Shown here piece after piece: positions 60,500-64,000 of a stretch of 64,000 nucleotides of DNA. The stretch covers positions 4,464,001 through 4,528,000 of the forward strand of contig JBHGNT010000009.1 in NCBI GenBank assembly GCA_043228905.1. Reading direction: 5' to 3'. The stretch is from Azolla caroliniana (Eukaryota; Plantae; Polypodiophyta). The number at the start of each line of letters is the position of its first letter. Within the stretch, counting starts at the first letter, position 1. The notes under the pieces are model-generated. The model had not been told where the DNA came from and searched no databases. It saw only the letters and a list, made by a program, of their open reading frames with translations. Made by a program: the position numbers and the translations under genes.

Positions 60500-63000
60500 G
60501 TCTTAAGGTTTTGTTATGGACAAAGGAAACCAAAGAGACGAGCATCGTTTAGTGCAATAAATACATTTGATGTCTTTTGGGAACTAGTAAACCAAGAGAA
60601 TGTGCCTTCCAACACCTTTGAGGTTTTTACATGCCAAGGATCCTCCTGATTGTCGGAGGGCCATCAAGGGGTTTATGCATTGTCATGTATTGACATTTAT
60701 AATACTTTTACAAAGAAAACAAGAAGACAAGAGATAAAGGTTGTCGGCATAGAGAACACCATGTTTTAAATATGATACGCAAATAGGTGAACTAGTTTGG
60801 GGTAAAACTTGGATAGTTGATGAGACATCATTATGGGCAAGGGGGATGGGCCCTATCATATATGGGTGAGTGGGGTTTACTAATTCAAAGAAGAAGATAG
60901 ATAGGTTTGATTTGGCGCAAAATATGTAATATAGTGTGTGAAACATGATCTTTCACATATTTATGAGGAGTGATATCTCTTTGTTGCAAAAAAGCCTCCA
61001 TCATTAAGGAATCTATTGAGGCACCAACAGTGGGAGGGAGGGAGATGTATAGCTCAGTTTGTCCAATGAAGATCAACATGTCATCACATTCAACCCCTAC
61101 ATTTCTCAATTTACATGTAGTAAAGTAATGTAGTTACTTTAGATCTGAATATGGATGCATGGTTTACTAAAAAACATGGCTACCATTGGCAGAGCCCTAA
61201 CATAGAAAAGACAAGATAAAACGCCATAATGTGTTTTGCAAACATTTGTGGCATAATGGTTCACTCCTATTTATGTTGTTTTTTAGCATGCTCACTATGT
61301 CAGGAAATTTTGGTGAAGCACCTCAAGAAAAGAGATTTTGAAAGTATCTATTTTAGGAAAGCCTTTGAAAGTTGAATTTCAACATTCATGTTTTGACTAA
61401 TTTTAAATGTCGTTGCTTCGTTCATAACCTTTGAATGCATTCTAGTGGCATTCTTCATCCTCTTCCCTATATACATGTTGCCACTTGAAACTTCCACCTC
61501 CACATGAGAAAAGGTACTATGTCATACAATGCCTAGAACACAATATATTGTCTTTATATGTATCTAGAAAGAGGTTGAGCTCTACGACGTTCTAATTTAA
61601 TTCACGAAACCGATCATATCATGTAACATCAAAAATAATAGTAGCTCGTAACAAGAAGTAATTGGAAGATTATAAATTGTACTGTTGTTTGGTTACTAAA
61701 CCCGCAAAATGCCACAAGACCTAAAAGATGTGAGGGAAAATGGATGAAAAAAATGATATTGGATAAGGTCCCATTTGTCAATGACTAGAGACACATTCAC
61801 AAATTGGGATGTTGCATCTATAAGTGCTTATTAATGTAAGTATGTAAGTACAATCTAATTGAGCCATAAATAAAATATCATTTTGTCATTTAGCCATTGT
61901 TTTATAATACAAATTAGTATAAATAATTGGAGTAAAGATGAATGTGACAATGATTGACGTGGATACCAACCAATAGCTCTTTGAAGCCCAATAATCTTCA
62001 AGGGTCCATATGGCCAATAAGAAGTCTACACGAGTGTGACAATAATATAAATTAATATTGGAACCAATATAAAACTAAGCTTATTTCAAGTAGCAAATAT
62101 GGTCACATTGCTTGATCTATATTATTAAGAGAGTGGGCCATGCTTGAGCAATACCAAGTTCCATTTCAACATCTTGGGTTGTGAAAAGTGAATTACAAAT
62201 AGCTTTTTTGACGACCATGTCGTTAGCATCCATGTTCTCTAACTAAAAACATGTTTTAAATTAATTACTATAATGAAAACGCATCACTCTCCTTAATCAA
62301 TACTTGAACCATACACTTGAACCTATGAAATTTTATATAGAAGGTAGCTCGTGAATCTGTAAGCATATCTTTCATTGTATGTGGGGTGGGGGCTATATAA
62401 AATCTGATTGTATGAAGGCAATGCTTTCACGTCGTGCTTTAGCATGTAAAAGTATTGTCTCAAATCATATATGACCGTACACTAATTTTCTACCACTCCT
62501 GTGTATACTACATCATAAAGCCATAACACGCCTCCTAAGATTTTGAGCGTGTACATTCAAGATCCACCAAACAACTTGCAAAAAAGAGAGGTACATGACC
62601 ATGGATGTATCATACCCAACTTAAGACAAATACAATTCTCCTACACCTTGGAAAAAGCCACAAACATCTCCAATATGGATAACATCATCCCATCAAATCC
62701 ATATATTTTATTGTGCAACAATAATGAACCCATGCAATGATGCACATGTAAGCCAACCATGTGTCTTGTCAATAATGCGTGGACATAAGGACAATTTGAT
62801 ATGATCATGCATTGGATGTATGTTATGACATGAAGTATTTATTATAGCAAAGTAGTCCAAAATACACTTCATCCATTGGATGGAGGGCATTTGAAATTTT
62901 ACGAAAATCAATCCTAGGGTGAAGCTTGCGCATAGATATGATATGTTTCTCAAAAGGTGTGGACATGCAAACTAATTACTAAAGTTTTTTCATTCTGAAA
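60500..63000 (-). pseudogene. Possible heavily decayed Mutator-like transposase
   Basis: Residual motifs only: DVEMELGIAQAWP...C.H at ~62100-62190 and a frameshifted SWIM-like CKHIMA at 61222-61240. Boundaries uncertain. Confidence 0.3.
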
Positions 63001-63649
63001 ATGTCAGTTTAACATAATCTAGGCCTACAACATTATATAGACCTTGGCAAAGCTCCACTATTAGACTCGTCATATAATTTAATAGTCTATCAACATTATA
63101 TGACTAACATGATGCCAAAATGTCACCGATTTTTTGTAGCAAAATCATTGCTAAGACTCATCATCACTAAGACCTTATAATAAGCCTCAATATATATATG
63201 AAGGCAACACTATCTATGTCTCATGAACTATAGAATCTCGATGAAAGTGTTGGTGCTCTTGCAAGGTTTGGGCATGCGTCATACATACATACATGCACGC
63301 ACATATAAATACATGTGTACATACATGTGTGCATAGCTTTTTGGGTGTTTATTAAGTTCGAAACATGGACAATTTGGATCCTCATTGTAAAATATATGTA
63401 TTGTTTTTATAAGGAGAGATATAGGAAAAAACAATGGCCTAGATTTGACCTCATATATGCGAAACCTACATACATACGTGTGCATGTACATTGCCCTGTA
63501 TTCTTGGGCACCATTAAATGGAGAAAACGATGGACATGAATTGAAGTGATGAAAATGTAAGGAGAGGCCATAAGAGCCGAGGGGTGGACGGGGGTAAATC
63601 ATGCTAGGTCTACACGGGAGACATAGGTAGACACGATAGATGACTTGTC

Positions 63650-64000
63650 GAGAGAGAGAGAGAGAGAGAGAGGACAAGAAATGGAGACAGAGTAGAGATT
63701 AGATGGCCGAAATTCGGCGAGGAGGCCAAGCAAGATGGGTGGGGCAAACACTTAGTTGGTGACATGTCTTGTGAAGGAAGAGAACATTGGATGGTCCCTC
63801 AAAAGCATATTAAAGTGTGTATTGTAGAGTCTTACTTACATTGAGAGACACAAAGAGAGAGATGGGGGAAAGTTGGCCATAAAAAAATAAAAATAAAAAA
63901 ATAATATAAAAAATATAAAAAATATAAAAAATATAAAACAAAAAAGAAAACAAAAAATATAAAATATAAAATAAAATAAAAAATAGAATAAAAATAAGAA
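63650..64000. repeat. (GA)n microsatellite and A-rich low-complexity tract
   Basis: GA repeat at 63650-63672 and (AAAATA)-like repeats at 63880-64000. Confidence 0.85.

Noticed and set aside
54800-64000. Host protein-coding gene from the short ORFs
   Set aside because: The ORFs are short and AT-rich with no recognisable domains or consistent exon pattern. Small exons cannot be excluded without transcript data.

Overview
This is eukaryotic repetitive DNA, most likely from a land plant (a non-seed plant such as a fern is a guess from the element types). I can support no host protein-coding gene. Positions 1-54,800 are two adjacent stacks of nested retroelements, reconstructed from LTR pairs, target-site duplications (TSDs) and ORFs that rejoin across insertions. 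They contain two L1-like LINE relics, an RTEX-like LINE and five Ty1/Copia elements. They also contain three tRNA-Trp-primed Ty3/Gypsy-family elements (one deleted gag-pro-pol copy, two gag-only copies), three solo LTRs, a tandem LTR-end array, and a 5'-truncated Penelope-like element (PLE) with an intact RT ORF and a hammerhead ribozyme. The deepest nest has six levels. Positions 54,800-64,000 are AT-rich decayed DNA with a probable hAT-type MITE, a short L1 3' fragment and a possible MULE relic. The most notable observations: (1) six otherwise dissimilar LTRs carry an antisense tRNA-type A-box/B-box cassette in U3, with 43-nt spacing in five; (2) all five insertions with 4-bp TSDs are centred on CG; (3) the Gypsy pro-pol junction has a -1 frameshift slippery site plus a predicted pseudoknot; (4) co-varying hairpins are shared by the pol-coding and gag-only elements; (5) the PLE sits inside Gypsy gag. 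Mismatch counts were made by eye.
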